This document shows positions 62,046-64,000 of a stretch of DNA of 64,000 nt, piece after piece (the stretch's first letter is position 1; the number at the start of each line of letters is the position of its first letter). The position numbers and the translations under genes were made by a program. The notes under the pieces are model-generated. The model was given only the letters and a program-made list of their open reading frames with translations. It had not been told where the DNA came from and did not search any database. This DNA comes from Callorhinchus milii (lineage: Eukaryota), in NCBI RefSeq assembly GCF_018977255.1, contig NW_024704742.1, positions 58,778,001 to 58,842,000 on the forward strand, in the 5' to 3' direction.

Positions 62046-62124
62046 CAATTCATGATGATGTAGCACTACACTGGCCAGTGCCTTCATCCACTGGGCTTTA
62101 AGAAATATGTAAGGTTGAATAGAG

Positions 62125-62410
62125 ATTATAGATCCAAGTTCTAGCTTTAGGATTTTGAGCTGATAGTCTAGCCTGACACTCCAATGCAATGCTGGGAGTG
62201 GGAGTGCCATATTGTCAGAGGTGCTATCATTTGAAGAGTCTGGTCTACCTGTTGCGGGGAATTATACAAATATCACGGTACTATTTGAAAAGAGAAAGGA
62301 GCTTTACCTGATCAACAGTCCCTCAGATTAAAAAAAAATGATCATTAACTTCTTGGCTTTTTATTAGGCATTGCTGAGTCGAAATTGGCTGCTATTTTGC
62401 CTACAAAATA
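62125..62410 (+). mobile_element. Degraded Deu-domain SINE
   Basis: TAGTCTAGCCTGACACTCCAATGCAATGCTGGGAG..GTCAGAGGTGCTATC..CTATTTGAAAAGAG..AAATTGGCTGC. Confidence 0.7.
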
Positions 62411-62439
62411 AAGCAAATTGTTGTTGCAGTGACTTAACT

Positions 62440-62730
62440 ATTACCTGTGTGAAGAATGCTAGAGGCATGGTCGGAGGCTGGCATTATGTGGAAGGAGAAG
62501 GAAAGCAGTCCTGATCAAGGACTGGATGTGAGATAGGAAGGACAGTTGAGGATTGATCCTGACTATTAGGTAGCACACAGGTTCAGTGAATGGGAGGGAT
62601 AAGCCGAGGAGGTTAAGGTGTAGAAGATACAGGTGAGAAGAAACTGGTGGGAGCCAAGGAGGATGGCTTCCGTCTTATCAACATTCAGCTGCAAAAAGTT
62701 GGTGTTCATCTAGGCCTTGATGTCTGACAA
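62440..62730 (-). mobile_element. Internal L2 ORF2 fragment
   Basis: Reverse strand LSDIKA*MNTNFLQLNVDKTEAILLGS, typical of the L2 post-RT region. Confidence 0.75.
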
Positions 62731-62734
62731 GATC

Positions 62735-62830
62735 CTATACTTTACAGTAAATCCTGTGAAGCGCATTGAAACATTTCAACAGTGCGGTTAGGCGCTACAT
62801 CAAATGCAAAGGATTACCACGATTATTATA
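62735..62830 (+). mobile_element. SINE tail fragment
   Basis: CTTTACAGTAAATCCTGTGAAGCGCATTGA..AGGCGCTACATCAAATGCAAAGGATTA. Confidence 0.75.
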
Positions 62831-64000
62831 AGATGTGCCATGCTGTTAGAGGGTGGTCCCAGAGAAAGATAGGCATTTCCTTCACAGCTGGTGGGCAAAA
62901 CCTGAGCAAATCTTGTTGCCTGGTTGCTGAACATTGAAAGTTGGTGAGCCACCTGCCTTTTTGGCTGTAGTTTACATGTCCCGGTGAGTATAATCGAACA
63001 GGGCACAGGGATTCACATCTTCACATTAAAAAAAGTGATTTTAGGCACAAACCAAATAAAAGTGTTGAAAAAGTCAGCTTGTAAAATTCTTCAGAGTCCA
63101 CTTCTACTGTTATTTATGCAGAGACTGCTTCCAAGAAGTAGCTTGCTGTCCATGTCTCTTAGAGCTCTGAAGGGATTACAGTATATAATGATTATACCCT
63201 GACTGATAATCCCGATAACCTAGTTCTGAAGGAATTTAGAGAGACGTAGCTAAACCTGTTCAGTGACATCTCGTGGGATTGTTCTGCTGAACACACATTG
63301 AGAAATGACAACACAAAGAGCGATTTGTTCTCTGTGGTTAACACATAACAAAGGCAGCAAAATCCACTTCGGTCAGTGAAGAGGCAGTCTATTATTTTTT
63401 TGGAAAGGAATTTGAGACACTTTTCACACCCATTTGCATCTCACTATCCTAACCTGTTATTTCGAAACAGAAACAGAAAAGTAGATAAGAGTGAACCGTT
63501 TTATGCAGAGGGTTAGTTTATCATTTGTGGTACTTGCATAACGATGATGCATGACAGCTGGTGAAGACAACAAGACAGATCGTAGTCCTGCACCAAAAGC
63601 AGCTTGAGCTGGCTCAACTATGTGCACCCAGTCATAATACAAGGTGTCGCAGTTGGATTCTACTTTGTAAGAAAGTTGTAGACGAGAAACAAAAGCACTG
63701 TTTTAACATTACAACAACAAGTTGTACTAATATAACACCTTTCACAATGGGAAAATACGTCTTGTAATATGCACCTGAAGTCTCCAGAACACAACATATA
63801 AAGTGAAATAATAAAATATAGTCCAGTGAACTCTCATCAGACATTGGTAGTGAGAGCCTATGATGAGGGGAGTGTTCATGGACAACATGTAATACTTGCA
63901 TTATATTAATCAACCAAACATAACAACACAGTTTTCTTAGATTACTACCCACCACCCTTAACAAACTGAGGATTTTTTTTGTACTTCCATTATGTCATCA

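Overview
Eukaryotic, repeat-dense, apparently non-coding DNA (intronic or intergenic). I could not identify a host protein-coding exon, rRNA, real tRNA gene or CRISPR array. The repeat inventory comprises: (i) 5'-truncated L2-clade LINEs ending in (TTG)n; (ii) CR1-clade LINE fragments; (iii) a young tRNA-Ala(TGC)-headed SINE ending in (TTA)n; (iv) older Deu-domain SINEs sharing the same 3' half; (v) AmnSINE2-like relics. This points to a cartilaginous fish, plausibly a holocephalan such as Callorhinchus; that is an inference from remembered family features, not a database result. The only ORFs with recognisable protein similarity are broken L2 and CR1 ORF2 pieces. The most notable unexplained structures are: three short local duplications that each start in or beside a retroposon and carry unique flank, including a 167-bp, single-mismatch inverted copy placed between two facing SINE tails; recurrent tail-to-tail SINE palindromes; an unclassified ~320-bp palindrome-rich repeat in five copies; a fold-back MITE-like element; a tandem double hairpin at 55.1 kb; and a Helitron-like 5' end. 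I found no evidence for a new protein-coding system. Coordinates of degraded repeats are approximate (about +/-10-20 nt) and identities were estimated by eye.
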